Position numbers and translations under genes: made by a program
Shown: one piece after another, positions 26,258 to 34,692 of the stretch
Layout of the letters: each line of letters opens with the position of its first letter
Numbering within the stretch: position 1 is the first letter of the stretch
Assembly (NCBI GenBank): GCA_964649225.1
Contig: CAZYPO010000006.1
Span: 2,001 to 66,000 of the forward strand
From: an uncultured Gemmatimonas sp.
GTDB lineage: Bacteria > Gemmatimonadota > Gemmatimonadetes > Gemmatimonadales > GWC2-71-9
Reading direction: 5' to 3'
Length of the DNA stretch: 64,000 nucleotides
Notes under the pieces: generated by a model
Database searches by the model: none
What the model saw: only the letters and a program-made list of their open reading frames with translations
Told to the model about the DNA's origin: nothing

Positions 26258-26742
26258 ATGCCGACGGCCAAGGTATCCGGGACGAAGCCCAAGACACCCG
26301 CGGCCCAGCTGGCCGGGTTCATCGCGCGGTACACTCCGCAGCCGCGCGCGGCCGGGCGGTGCTGCAAGCGATGCGCGCGAGGCTGCCCGGGGCGGTCGAA
26401 CTGGTGTACGACAATTACAATGGGCTCGTCATTGGATTCGGGCCTTCGGAGCGCGCCTCGGAGGCGCCGTTCTCGATCGTACTCTATCCCCGCTGGGTGA
26501 CGCTGTTCTTCCTGCGGGGCGCCGAGCTGGACGACCCCGCGCACCTGCTGAAAGGGTCGGGGAGCAAAGTCCGGCACATCGTCCTGGCGGGTCCCGAGGG
26601 GTTGAGCCGGCCCGCGGTCAAGGCGCTCATGGCTCAGACGCTCGAACGGGCGGGGTGGACGCCGAGTACCAGGCAAGCCCGGCGAGTCGTCATCAGGGCG
26701 GTCGTCACCAAGCAACGCCCGCGGTGTCCGCCGGCGTCATAA
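26258..26742 (+). pseudogene. DUF1801 (YdhG-like) protein, probable 1-nt frameshift near 26357-26360
   Basis: The N-terminus is in frame 2 (MPTAKVSGTKPKTPAAQLAGFIARYTPQ). The rest is in frame 1 (RAVLQAMRARLPGAVELVYDNYNGLVIGFGPSERASEAPFSIVLYPRWVTLFFLRGAELDDP...). An in-frame restart at an internal Met is the alternative reading. Confidence 0.6.
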
Positions 26743-26746
26743 ACCC

Positions 26747-27277
26747 TTGGAGTGCAGGCCAACAGGAGCGCAAATGAGATGCTGCTGGATACTCCTTCTG
26801 GCAGGAGCACCGTGGGTGCGGCTTACGCCGCTCCAGGCGCAGGCGACCATCGGCATTTCCAAGGAGGCAGTGGTGAGCGCGCACGCGAGCGGAACCTTCG
26901 AGGTAAAGCTGACCCCGCAGCCGACCAGCGATAGCTTGCCGGGCTCACCCGTCAGCAGGCTCACGATCGACAAGCAATTCCATGGGGATCTCGAGGCGAC
27001 CAGCAAGGGCGAGATGCTGGCGGCCGGCACCAGCGTGAAAGGTTCGGCGGGTTACGTCGCGATCGAGCGGGTCAGCGGAACCCTACGGGGGCGCCGGGGC
27101 AGCTTCGTGCTCCAGCACAGCGGCACCATGACGCGTGGCGCTCCCCAGCTCGTCATCACGGTGGTGCCCGACTCGGGCACCGAGGAGCTGGCTGGTCTGG
27201 CGGGGGCCATGATGATCACGATCGCGGACGGCAAGCATTCCTACCAGTTCGAGTACACGCTTCCCAAGGGCCGTTGA
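26747..27277 (+). CDS. DUF3224 domain protein with signal peptide
   Basis: 176 aa. SGTFEVKLTPQP...IDKQFHGDLEATSKGEML...GSFVLQHSGTMTRG...GKHSYQFEYTL. Confidence 0.8.
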   Translation: MECRPTGAQMRCCWILLLAGAPWVRLTPLQAQATIGISKEAVVSAHASGTFEVKLTPQPTSDSLPGSPVSRLTIDKQFHGDLEATSKGEMLAAGTSVKGSAGYVAIERVSGTLRGRRGSFVLQHSGTMTRGAPQLVITVVPDSGTEELAGLAGAMMITIADGKHSYQFEYTLPKGR

Positions 27278-27575
27278 GAAGCGTGTGGAGTTACGCGAGG
27301 CCTTCAGCGAGTTGCTCGAGGCGGGCTGGCGCCTGCTGGCCGGCAAGCGGCTGGTGGCCGCCTATGACGCGAAAGCGGTCAAGCGGGGAAACTGATCAGG
27401 CGTGCTTCCACGCAACAGCTGCGGCCTCGCTCCCACACGACTGCAAACAAATGCTTCGGAGTCCGGCTGCATTGGCAGCTGCAATATTGCGCGTGCTCCA
27501 TTGTGCGCTTGAGCCAAGCGGCCGAGCCGGCGGCGGCGCGCTCTGCGACCGCTTCACAGCGGGTGATTTCAACCG

Positions 27576-27800
27576 CTACGCCGCGCGCCAGGCTGCAGCG
27601 GGCCAACGCGGTTTGACGTGAAGCGTTAGACCCGCAGGCTGTCCTGACCGTCCGAGTTGACTGCGGCTGAATTCCTCACCGCCCAGTCCGAGGGCTCCGC
27701 GCACCCGGGCGATGTGACTCCAATTGACCCGTGCAACGATCTCGGTGCCGCTGCTCCAAGTCCGCGTTTCAACAATTTCGTCACGAGAGTTCAAGAGCAT
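27576..27800 (-). CDS. small ORF with strong SD; Xre-HTH-like fragment (possible decayed regulator/antitoxin)
   Basis: On the minus strand GGAGGAGG-caact-ATG precedes a 74-codon ORF: MLLNSRDEIVETRTWSSGTEIVARVNWSHIARVRGALGLGGEEFS... The neighbouring frame continues ...STRTVR..., which suggests a frameshifted HTH. Confidence 0.35.
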   Translation of the reverse strand: MLLNSRDEIVETRTWSSGTEIVARVNWSHIARVRGALGLGGEEFSRSQLGRSGQPAGLTLHVKPRWPAAAWRAA

Positions 27801-28030
27801 AGTTGCCTCCTCCAGATGATAGACGTCTAAGAAGGCAACAGATGCGCCAGCGCCTCGCCCCGGGGGGTCCGATTCCCGTACACACGTCCTTAGTCTTCGA
27901 GCCACCCACACGGGGCTGGGGAACCGGAGCTATCTTCGTATCCCCCCAATGTCGCGGGACTTCAGGTACCACGGCGATGAGCCCGGCCGGGGGCCGCGCT
28001 CATCGTCTGCCACCACGACAGGAACGAGCC

Positions 28031-28540
28031 ATGGCAATCTGGAAAGAACAGGCCCCACCGAAGAGGGAGTTGGTCCCGACGGCACTGGATCCCACCCCCA
28101 AAAAAGATCCCGAAGCGCGCAGCGATTTTTCATCCAACTATGAGTCGCCGCGGCGGACGCCGGAGCGTGAGACAAAGGAATCGCTGATCGCGGCGGATCT
28201 CACGATCGAAGGGAAAATCGAGGGAACCGGCCATGTCCGAATCGCCGGCCGATTCAAGGGCGACGTGCATGTGCAGGGCAATCTCACCATCGAGGCGGGG
28301 GCCAAGGTGACGGGCGGCGTGCGCGCCAACACCGTGGTCATCGGGGGCGAGCTGGAAGGCAACATCGACGGTGCTTCGCGGGTGGAGCTGCTCGAGTCGG
28401 GGGTGCTGAACGGGGATCTCAAGGCCGGCTCGCTGACCGTCGCCGCGGGGTCGCGGATGCGGGGGCAGGTCGAGTTCGGGTGGGAGGACCGGGCGACCGC
28501 CAAGGCCGGGTTGAAATTGGAGAGCAGCTTCGGGACATGA
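28031..28540 (+). CDS. bactofilin family protein (second copy)
   Basis: Starts at ATG 28031 (MAIWKEQ...). Core LTIEGKIEGTGHVRIAGRFKGDVHVQGNLTIEAGAKVTGGVRANTVVIGGELEGNIDGASRVELLESGVLNGDLKAGSLTVAAGSRMRG. Confidence 0.85.
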   Translation: MAIWKEQAPPKRELVPTALDPTPKKDPEARSDFSSNYESPRRTPERETKESLIAADLTIEGKIEGTGHVRIAGRFKGDVHVQGNLTIEAGAKVTGGVRANTVVIGGELEGNIDGASRVELLESGVLNGDLKAGSLTVAAGSRMRGQVEFGWEDRATAKAGLKLESSFGT

Positions 28541-28911
28541 GTACCGCGCGCCAAGGGGCTCCGGGAACGACGCGGATCTGTCCGCACTGCCGGGCGGCCA
28601 TCCTCGAAAGCGCGAGTGTCTGCCCGGCCTGCCGGCACCACTTGCGATTCGATCCCGGGGCGGCGTCGCGCGCCGTGCCGAGCCTCACGCCGTTGCGCGT
28701 CGAAGGTACCATCCGCCACCCGCCCGTGGGTGAGCCGTGGGAGTACTCCGTGATGCTGTCGATCCGCAACGACCGCGGAGAGGAGATTGCCCGCCAGGTC
28801 GTGGACGTGGGAGCGCTGCACCCGGCGGAACAACGGACTTTCACGCTGGCCGTGGAGGTCTTCATGCCGCCCGAACCCAACCTCCCCGGCAAGGGCCCAG
28901 TCGGTCGCTGA
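28537..28911 (+). CDS. zinc-ribbon protein, translationally coupled to bactofilin
   Basis: ATGA overlap with the bactofilin stop. MSTARQGAPGTTRICPHCRAAILESASVCPACRHHLRF (CPxC-X13-CPxC), followed by a ~85-aa beta-rich tail. Confidence 0.7.
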   Translation: MSTARQGAPGTTRICPHCRAAILESASVCPACRHHLRFDPGAASRAVPSLTPLRVEGTIRHPPVGEPWEYSVMLSIRNDRGEEIARQVVDVGALHPAEQRTFTLAVEVFMPPEPNLPGKGPVGR

Positions 28912-29160
28912 CCTGCCGGTCCGCTGCCCCCAATCGTCCTCGCTCGGCACGGAAACCCGGCCTGGGCTGGTCGATCAGCTGTTCCGGGAAGCGTACTTTC
29001 CGCTCACCATCCGGCCGCGCCTTCACCTGCCCCCGACAACTCCGGGTGTTCCTGGGGCGCTCGGCGTGGTACTGCGGCCGGTCGCCCGGGGTCGAGAGCC
29101 CACGATCGGGAAGGTGAGAGGGCGGACGGCCTAACCCGCTATCGGGGTCAAGGACGAGCG

Positions 29161-29661
29161 ATGGAAATACGCACGATGCTTCCCGCCGACTGGGCCGCGG
29201 TCCGGGCGATCTACCTGGAGGGGATCGCGACCGGCAACGCGACCTTCGAACCGGAGGCTCCTGCCTGGGAACGGTGGGACGCCAAACATCTGCCGGCCGG
29301 CCGGCTGGTGCTGGTGGCCGACGGAGCAATCATCGGCTGGGCCGCGCTGTCGGGCGTGTCGGACCGCTGTGTCTATGCCGGCGTCGCGGAGGTGAGCGTG
29401 TACGTCGCCGGAGCGGCCCGTGGGCAGGGCGCGGGCCGCCGGTTGCTCGACGCGCTGGTGCGGGCTTCGGAAGACGCCGGCATCTGGACCTTGCAGGCCG
29501 GGATCTTTCCGGAGAACGAGGCGAGCTTGACCCTCCACGTACGCTGCGGATTCCGGGTGATCGGCCGCCGCGAGCGCCTGGGCCGGCTGGTGGGACGGTG
29601 GCGCGACGTCCTGCTGCTGGAGCGCCGCAGCCCGGTCGTCGGGATGGACGGTGTCCCGTAA
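29161..29661 (+). CDS. GNAT family N-acetyltransferase (phosphinothricin acetyltransferase-like)
   Basis: 166 aa. IYLEGIATGNATFE..., AEVSVYVAGAARGQGAGRRLLDALV..., GIFPENEASLTLHVRCGFRVIGRRERLG. Confidence 0.85.
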   Translation: MEIRTMLPADWAAVRAIYLEGIATGNATFEPEAPAWERWDAKHLPAGRLVLVADGAIIGWAALSGVSDRCVYAGVAEVSVYVAGAARGQGAGRRLLDALVRASEDAGIWTLQAGIFPENEASLTLHVRCGFRVIGRRERLGRLVGRWRDVLLLERRSPVVGMDGVP

Positions 29662-29708
29662 CCCGCGCGGGTGCTACTTTACCGGAGCAGAGCGGCTGGG
29701 ATACTGGA

Positions 29709-30215
29709 ATGCCAGATCTGCTGATTCGGATCAAAAAAAAGACCGACGGCTCGGCCGCGCTGAGCTGCCTTCGGGCCGACGGCTCCGTCACCTGGCAACG
29801 CCAGGACGGCGTGCAGGGCCGGTTCTTTCCGGTCCACGATTTGACGCACTACGCGGTGGAAACCGTCCTGGGCCACCGCCGCGGCTTTTACGGGCTGGTC
29901 GCCGAGGGCTGGGATCTGAGCGACTTTGGCGCGCCGTGGTCGAAGGGGCGCCTCCCCGCGGACCTCGACCCGTCGGAGTTGATCGTCGGGTTTCTGGATG
30001 GCGAGCGGGCCGGGGGCGTGCAGTGGAGCGCGGCCGACTTCAACGCGAAAGCCGCGAGCTACCATGCCCAGCACGGGCTGCGGGAAACCTGCCGGATCAG
30101 CCCTTCCGAGCTGGAGCGCGTCCGCGCGGTGCGGGATGAGCTGATCGCGCGCTGGCGGGCGCTGCCGGCGGGAGCCACGCTCGAGCTGCCGTTCGAGAGG
30201 GCGGCGGAAGCCTAA
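29709..30215 (+). CDS. hypothetical protein
   Basis: Starts at ATG 29709 (MPDLLIRIKKKTDGSAALSCLRADGS...). Coherent coding appearance. No family recognised. Confidence 0.6.
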   Translation: MPDLLIRIKKKTDGSAALSCLRADGSVTWQRQDGVQGRFFPVHDLTHYAVETVLGHRRGFYGLVAEGWDLSDFGAPWSKGRLPADLDPSELIVGFLDGERAGGVQWSAADFNAKAASYHAQHGLRETCRISPSELERVRAVRDELIARWRALPAGATLELPFERAAEA

Positions 30216-30276
30216 CCCGCACAAGTCCTTCGCCACCCTTCGCCACAAGGAGGCTTGCGTTGGTTCGCAGGGCTCC

Positions 30277-30369
30277 GCACCCACCATAGCCGATTACCTC
30301 GCGGACCTCCCGCCCGACGATTGCAAGACGATCGTCGCGGTTCGCCGGGTCATCCGCGAGCACCTCCCC
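30277..30369 (+). pseudogene. relic of a DUF1801-type gene (about 31 N-terminal codons only)
   Basis: APTIADYLADLPPDDCKTIVAVRRVIREHLP matches the usual DUF1801/YdhG N-terminus. There is no start codon, and similarity stops after about 31 codons. Confidence 0.45.
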
Positions 30370-30469
30370 CGCAGCTTCCTGTCAAAAGGGGGGCGACTAG
30401 CCACGGCGCTCGGGCGGAGTAGGTTAGTCTCCGGGGCCGCAGGGGCGGCTCTGCTCCCTCACACAGGAG

Positions 30470-31036
30470 TTGGCCATGACCGGGCTGGGCGCGCTATGGC
30501 TGCCGATCCTGCTGTCGGCTGTGATCGTCTTCTTCGTGAGTTCCATTATTCACATGGCATCACCGTGGCACAAGAGTGATTACCCCAAAGTCCCCAATGA
30601 GGACAGGGTGCGGGAGGCGCTGCGTCCACTGGCCATCCCGCCGGGGGATTACATGATTCCGCGCTGCGAGAACCGGGAGGAGATGCGCTCGCCGGAGTTC
30701 GCGGAAAAGGTCAAGCAGGGTCCGAACCTGATCATGACGGTGCTTCCGAACGGGCCCTGGTCCATGGGGAAGAATCTGCTGAACTGGTTTCTCTACGCGG
30801 TCGGGGTCGGGTTCTTCGCGGCGTACGTCGCGAGCCGCGCTCTTCCGCCCGGGGCCGAATATCTGCGGGTCTTCCAACTGGTCGGCGCGACGGCCTTCAT
30901 CGGATACACCGTCGCCCTCTGGCAGATGTCGATCTGGTACCAACGGGCCTGGAGCACGACGGTCAAGGCCACCGTCGATGGATTGATTTACGCGCTGCTC
31001 ACGGCGGGAACGTTCGGGTGGTTATGGCCCCACTAG
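30470..31036 (+). CDS. hypothetical integral membrane protein
   Basis: 188 aa, about 4 TM segments ([21 protein letters not shown]..., [16 protein letters not shown]...). ATG 30476 is an alternative start. Confidence 0.7.
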   Translation: MAMTGLGALWLPILLSAVIVFFVSSIIHMASPWHKSDYPKVPNEDRVREALRPLAIPPGDYMIPRCENREEMRSPEFAEKVKQGPNLIMTVLPNGPWSMGKNLLNWFLYAVGVGFFAAYVASRALPPGAEYLRVFQLVGATAFIGYTVALWQMSIWYQRAWSTTVKATVDGLIYALLTAGTFGWLWPH

Positions 31037-31395
31037 CGCACGCGGTGCGCCGGACGCGGCGCTCCGCACATGGCTGGCAGTTCGGGGTCGTCACCCTGCT
31101 GCTGCTGCGAGGCTGCGGCGGCACCACCCCGATCAAGACGCTCATGGACGATCCCGACCGCTTCGATGGCAAGACCGTCCGGATTATCGGGGAAGTCCAG
31201 CAGTCGGTCGGTGCGCTGGGCTTCGGGGCCTACGAGGTGAAGGACGCAACCGGGACCTTGCCGGTGGTGAGCCAAACCGGCGGGGCCCCTCGGGCCGGAG
31301 CCCAGCTCGGTGTCGAGGGAACCTTCCGTGCCGCGTTTACGCTGGGCACGAAGACCGCGGCGGTTCTCGTGGAGAAACGGCGCTATAGTCCATGA
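31018..31395 (+). CDS. hypothetical lipoprotein (OB-fold-like)
   Basis: 125 aa. Lipobox [22 protein letters not shown]...[14 protein letters not shown]. Confidence 0.55.
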   Translation: MVMAPLAHAVRRTRRSAHGWQFGVVTLLLLRGCGGTTPIKTLMDDPDRFDGKTVRIIGEVQQSVGALGFGAYEVKDATGTLPVVSQTGGAPRAGAQLGVEGTFRAAFTLGTKTAAVLVEKRRYSP

Positions 31396-31781
31396 TCACC
31401 GGCGCGCACGTGCTGCTCTACAGCGAAAACCCCGAGGCGGATCGGGCGTTTTTCCGGGACGTCCTCGGGTTTCCGGGCGTGGATGCGGGCGGCGGCTGGC
31501 TGATCTTCGCGCTGCCTCCCGCGGAGGTCGCGGTCCATCCTATGGAGGGGCGGTCCCAGCAGAGACACGCCGGGCACGAGCTGCTGGGCGCGGTGCTCTA
31601 TCTGATGTGCGACGATCTGCAGGCCGTCGTGAAGCGTCTTGCCGAGAAGACGGTCCGCTGCACCGAGGTCGACGAAGCGCCCTGGGGGAGCAAAACGACC
31701 GTTCGCTTGCCCAGCGGCGGGGAGATCGGTCTCTACCAGCCTCGCCACCCCACCGCGCTGGGGCTCAAGTCGGCGTCCTGA
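31392..31781 (+). CDS. VOC family (glyoxalase-fold) protein
   Basis: 129 aa. ATGA overlap with the upstream gene. ADRAFFRDVLGF...VAVHP...WGSKTTVRLPSGGEIGLYQPRHP. Confidence 0.8.
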   Translation: MITGAHVLLYSENPEADRAFFRDVLGFPGVDAGGGWLIFALPPAEVAVHPMEGRSQQRHAGHELLGAVLYLMCDDLQAVVKRLAEKTVRCTEVDEAPWGSKTTVRLPSGGEIGLYQPRHPTALGLKSAS

Positions 31782-31796
31782 GGCAGGGAGCACCCG

Positions 31797-32303
31797 GTGC
31801 CCTTCACCCCTTTTCACTTTGGTCCGGGCCTCCTTTTCAAGGCAGTGGCCCCCACCCGGTTCTCCTTTACGAGCTACGCGGTCACGCAAATGGTCATCGA
31901 CCTCGAGTCGGGCTATTACCTCCTCACGCAGCAATCGCCCGTCCACCGTACCCTGCATACCTTTGTGATGGGTAGCCTGGCGGGCGCCGCGGTGGGTCTT
32001 GCCGTGGGCGTGATCGGCAGGAGCGTGCTGCGGCGCACCGCTCGCCCCCCGAGGCCTATCGTGGCGGCGGAACTGACGCGATCGGGTGCGCTGGCGGGTG
32101 GGGTGACCGGAGGCCTGACTCACGCGCTGCTCGACGGAATGATGCACCAAGACATACACCCGTTCTGGCCGATCACCCCCGTCAACCCGCTACTCGGCGT
32201 GCTCTCACTCGAAGCCTTGCACCTCCTCTGTGTGGTGACGGGAGTCCTCGGAATCTTGCTGCTGTGCCGGCCGCGGGTCTGGCAGCCGGCCGGACAGGAG
32301 TGA
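31797..32303 (+). CDS. membrane protein, metal-dependent-hydrolase-like N-terminus (DUF4184/DUF457 type)
   Basis: 168 aa. MPFTPFHFGPGLLFK..., several TM segments, HALLDGMMHQDIHPFWP. Confidence 0.55.
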   Translation: MPFTPFHFGPGLLFKAVAPTRFSFTSYAVTQMVIDLESGYYLLTQQSPVHRTLHTFVMGSLAGAAVGLAVGVIGRSVLRRTARPPRPIVAAELTRSGALAGGVTGGLTHALLDGMMHQDIHPFWPITPVNPLLGVLSLEALHLLCVVTGVLGILLLCRPRVWQPAGQE

Positions 32304-32309
32304 TGCTCA

Positions 32310-32798
32310 GTGGCGGTCACCGACGATCCGAAACGAGCGCTGTTGCGCCATACGGTCGCCACGGTGGCGTACCGAGGAGCCAAGGTTCTCCGGGGGGCAC
32401 CCCCGGAGTTCGGCGCGAGCCGGCTGGGACCGGGAACCCGGACACCGGTCGAAATCCTCTCCCACATCGCCGACCTCTTCCAGTGGGCCACGCACCTGGC
32501 GGCCGGGCAGCACGTTTGGAACGAGGGGTTCCCGGGCAGCTGGGACGCAGAGGTCGAGCGGTTTTTTCGAGAACTGGGCCGCTTGGACGCCGTGCTCGCG
32601 TCGAGCGTTCCACTCGGTTGCGAGGCGGAGCGACTCTTCCAGGGCCCCATCGCCGATGCCCTCACGCACTTCGGACAACTGGCGCTGCTGCGCCGTCGCG
32701 ACGGCGCCCCGGTCCGCGGCGAGAACTACTTTCGGGCGGAGATCAGAGCGGGAGTCATTGGTCCCGAGCAGGCGGAACCGAGGGTGGAATTTGAGTGA
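32310..32798 (+). CDS. DinB-superfamily-like hypothetical protein
   Basis: 162 aa. Helical with spaced His residues (LSHIADLF...THFGQLALLRR). Weak family call. Confidence 0.55.
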   Translation: MAVTDDPKRALLRHTVATVAYRGAKVLRGAPPEFGASRLGPGTRTPVEILSHIADLFQWATHLAAGQHVWNEGFPGSWDAEVERFFRELGRLDAVLASSVPLGCEAERLFQGPIADALTHFGQLALLRRRDGAPVRGENYFRAEIRAGVIGPEQAEPRVEFE

Positions 32799-33372
32799 CC
32801 GACGAGGTATCGCCTTCCTGGCGCTGGCGCTGCTGCTGCCGCCGGCTGCGGCGCCGGCATCGCGTGCCGATGCCACCGCGGTGTTCGCCGGCGGGTGCTT
32901 CTGGGGCGTCGAGTCCGTCTTTGAGCACCTCCGCGGGGTACGCTCGGTGATTTCTGGATATACCGACGGCGGGATCGAGTCGGTGCGGGTCGATTATGAT
33001 CCGGCACAGATCAGCTACCGCGAGCTGGTGCAGGTGTTCTTCACCGTCGCCCATGATCCCACCCAGCGCGATCGCCAGGGCCCGGATGCGGGGCCCGAGT
33101 ACCGGGCCGTGGTGTATTACCAGTCCGCCGAGCAGAGAGAACTTGTGGAGGCCTACATCGCCGAACTGGAAGGAGCGCACAGCATCGCCGGGCCGATCGT
33201 CACCGAGGTTCGGCCGCTCGGCCGCTTTCAGGTGGCCGAGTCGTTTCACCAGGATTACGCCGCTCGACATCCGGATGAGCCCTACGTCGTCGTCAACGAT
33301 GCTCCCAAGCTGGAGCGACTGCGGCGCGCGTATCCCAAGTTGTTCCGGGAACGACGTTCGGTGAGCGAATGA
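32791..33372 (+). CDS. msrA: peptide-methionine (S)-S-oxide reductase MsrA, secreted form, lacking a conserved ~18-aa segment
   Basis: TTG 32791, then a signal peptide and FAGGCFWGVESVFEHLRGV...SGYTDGG-IESVRVDYDP...HDPTQRDRQGPDAGPEYRAVVYY. The usual ...NPTYxxVxSGxTGHA... block between GG and E is absent. Confidence 0.85.
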   Translation: MSDRRGIAFLALALLLPPAAAPASRADATAVFAGGCFWGVESVFEHLRGVRSVISGYTDGGIESVRVDYDPAQISYRELVQVFFTVAHDPTQRDRQGPDAGPEYRAVVYYQSAEQRELVEAYIAELEGAHSIAGPIVTEVRPLGRFQVAESFHQDYAARHPDEPYVVVNDAPKLERLRRAYPKLFRERRSVSE

Positions 33373-33394
33373 CCGGGAGGTCCGCCTGAGCAAA

Positions 33395-33718
33395 TTGCTC
33401 GGCCTTCTCGGCGCCACAATCGGCGGATATCTCGGGTGGTGGCTTGGCGCGCACGCGGGAATCTTCGTCGCATTTATCGTGAGCGTCGTCGGCACGGGCG
33501 GCGGACTCTATCTCGGCCGGCGCGTCAGCGCCATGTACCTCCCGCTCATCGTCATTCTGCTGGTTCCGGCCGCTCCGGCCCTTTCAAGCCAGCAGCTGGT
33601 CTCCGACGCTACGGCCGCTGGACGGGCGCGGCGGGTTCCCTGCTGGGCCGGCATCGGCGGACAGCCGGTGCAACTGGTGCAACAGGGTGATTGCCTGGCC
33701 GTGATGTCCTTCATGTAG
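33395..33718 (+). CDS. small membrane protein, hypothetical
   Basis: 107 aa. The first ~45 aa form two Gly-rich TM helices; the rest is uncertain. Confidence 0.45.
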   Translation: MLGLLGATIGGYLGWWLGAHAGIFVAFIVSVVGTGGGLYLGRRVSAMYLPLIVILLVPAAPALSSQQLVSDATAAGRARRVPCWAGIGGQPVQLVQQGDCLAVMSFM

Positions 33719-33753
33719 GGTAGCGAGGCGGGAGGGCGACGTCTCCGAGTAAC

Positions 33754-34185
33754 ATGCCAGATATCCTGCACGATTTTCCCATCAGCGCTCCCCTCGAGCG
33801 GGTCTTTGAGGCGGTGAGCACTCCTGCCGGACTGGATCAGTGGTGGACCAGGCGCTCGACGGGGATCCCGAGGGTCGGCGCGGAGTACGAACTCTCGTTC
33901 GGGCCGGAATACGATTGGCGCGCCGTGGTGAGCAAGCATACGCCGCCGCTCGAGTTTGAATACCGGATCGTGCGGGCCGATGGCGACTGGCTGGGAACGC
34001 GGGTGGGATTCCTGCTACGGGAAGCCAGCAGTGCGACGCAGGTGTGCTTCTATCACACGGGCTGGCCGGAGGCAGGAGACCATTATCGTACCTCGTGCTT
34101 CTGCTGGGCGATGTACCTCCGAATCCTGCGGCGCTACTTGGAAGCGGGCGAGACCGTGCCCTACGAGCGTCGCCTGGAAGTTTGA
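33754..34185 (+). CDS. SRPBCC family protein (AHSA1/START-like)
   Basis: 143 aa. ISAPLERVFEAVSTPAGLDQWWT...YHTGWPE... Confidence 0.85.
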   Translation: MPDILHDFPISAPLERVFEAVSTPAGLDQWWTRRSTGIPRVGAEYELSFGPEYDWRAVVSKHTPPLEFEYRIVRADGDWLGTRVGFLLREASSATQVCFYHTGWPEAGDHYRTSCFCWAMYLRILRRYLEAGETVPYERRLEV

Positions 34186-34209
34186 GGGTACCGCCGGCAT
34201 ATTCCGTTC

Positions 34210-34668
34210 ATGCGGATCGTGGCGTACGGTCTTGTGGTGTGTTTCGGCTTGGGCGGGACAAGCCACGTCCGCGCTCCGCAGTTGAGTGCCCAGGGGCCGA
34301 TCGCGTACGTCGTTGCTCCCAGCGCAGGCACGCTCCGCGAGGCCCGGCGCATGCTCCGGATCTGCCGCTGGAGCGATACCACCGCTGTGCGGGATGCGGA
34401 CTTCGTGCTCGTGGTGGTACGCAGCTCCGGGTCGGAGCCGATGGAACCGTCCTATGATTCGCTCAAGTGGCTGCGGGACGCCGCCAACAGTCAACTCAAT
34501 GAGTCGGGAGCTCAATTTCACGTCTATCTCTTCGCCATCCGCCAGGATCTCTCCTTGCTCCAGACCAGTCACCACAGCTACGACGTCAACGGCACCGGCG
34601 CGCTCACTCCCGTCCTTTCGCCGCCGCTGTCGCCCGATCCGAACGGATTAGGCTTTTTCTGCGGCTGA
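34210..34668 (+). CDS. hypothetical secreted protein
   Basis: 152 aa with a signal-like N-terminus. CATATT lies 6 nt upstream of the ATG. Confidence 0.5.
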   Translation: MRIVAYGLVVCFGLGGTSHVRAPQLSAQGPIAYVVAPSAGTLREARRMLRICRWSDTTAVRDADFVLVVVRSSGSEPMEPSYDSLKWLRDAANSQLNESGAQFHVYLFAIRQDLSLLQTSHHSYDVNGTGALTPVLSPPLSPDPNGLGFFCG

Positions 34669-34692
34669 CGGCGCGAGCCGCCCGATCCGTCG

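Noticed and set aside
27285-27395. 36-codon plus-strand fragment VELREAFSELLEAGWRLLAGKRLVAAYDAKAVKRGN
   Set aside because: Plausible coding look, but no family was recognised and it is too short. It is mentioned only as part of the 27.3-28.0 kb relic region.
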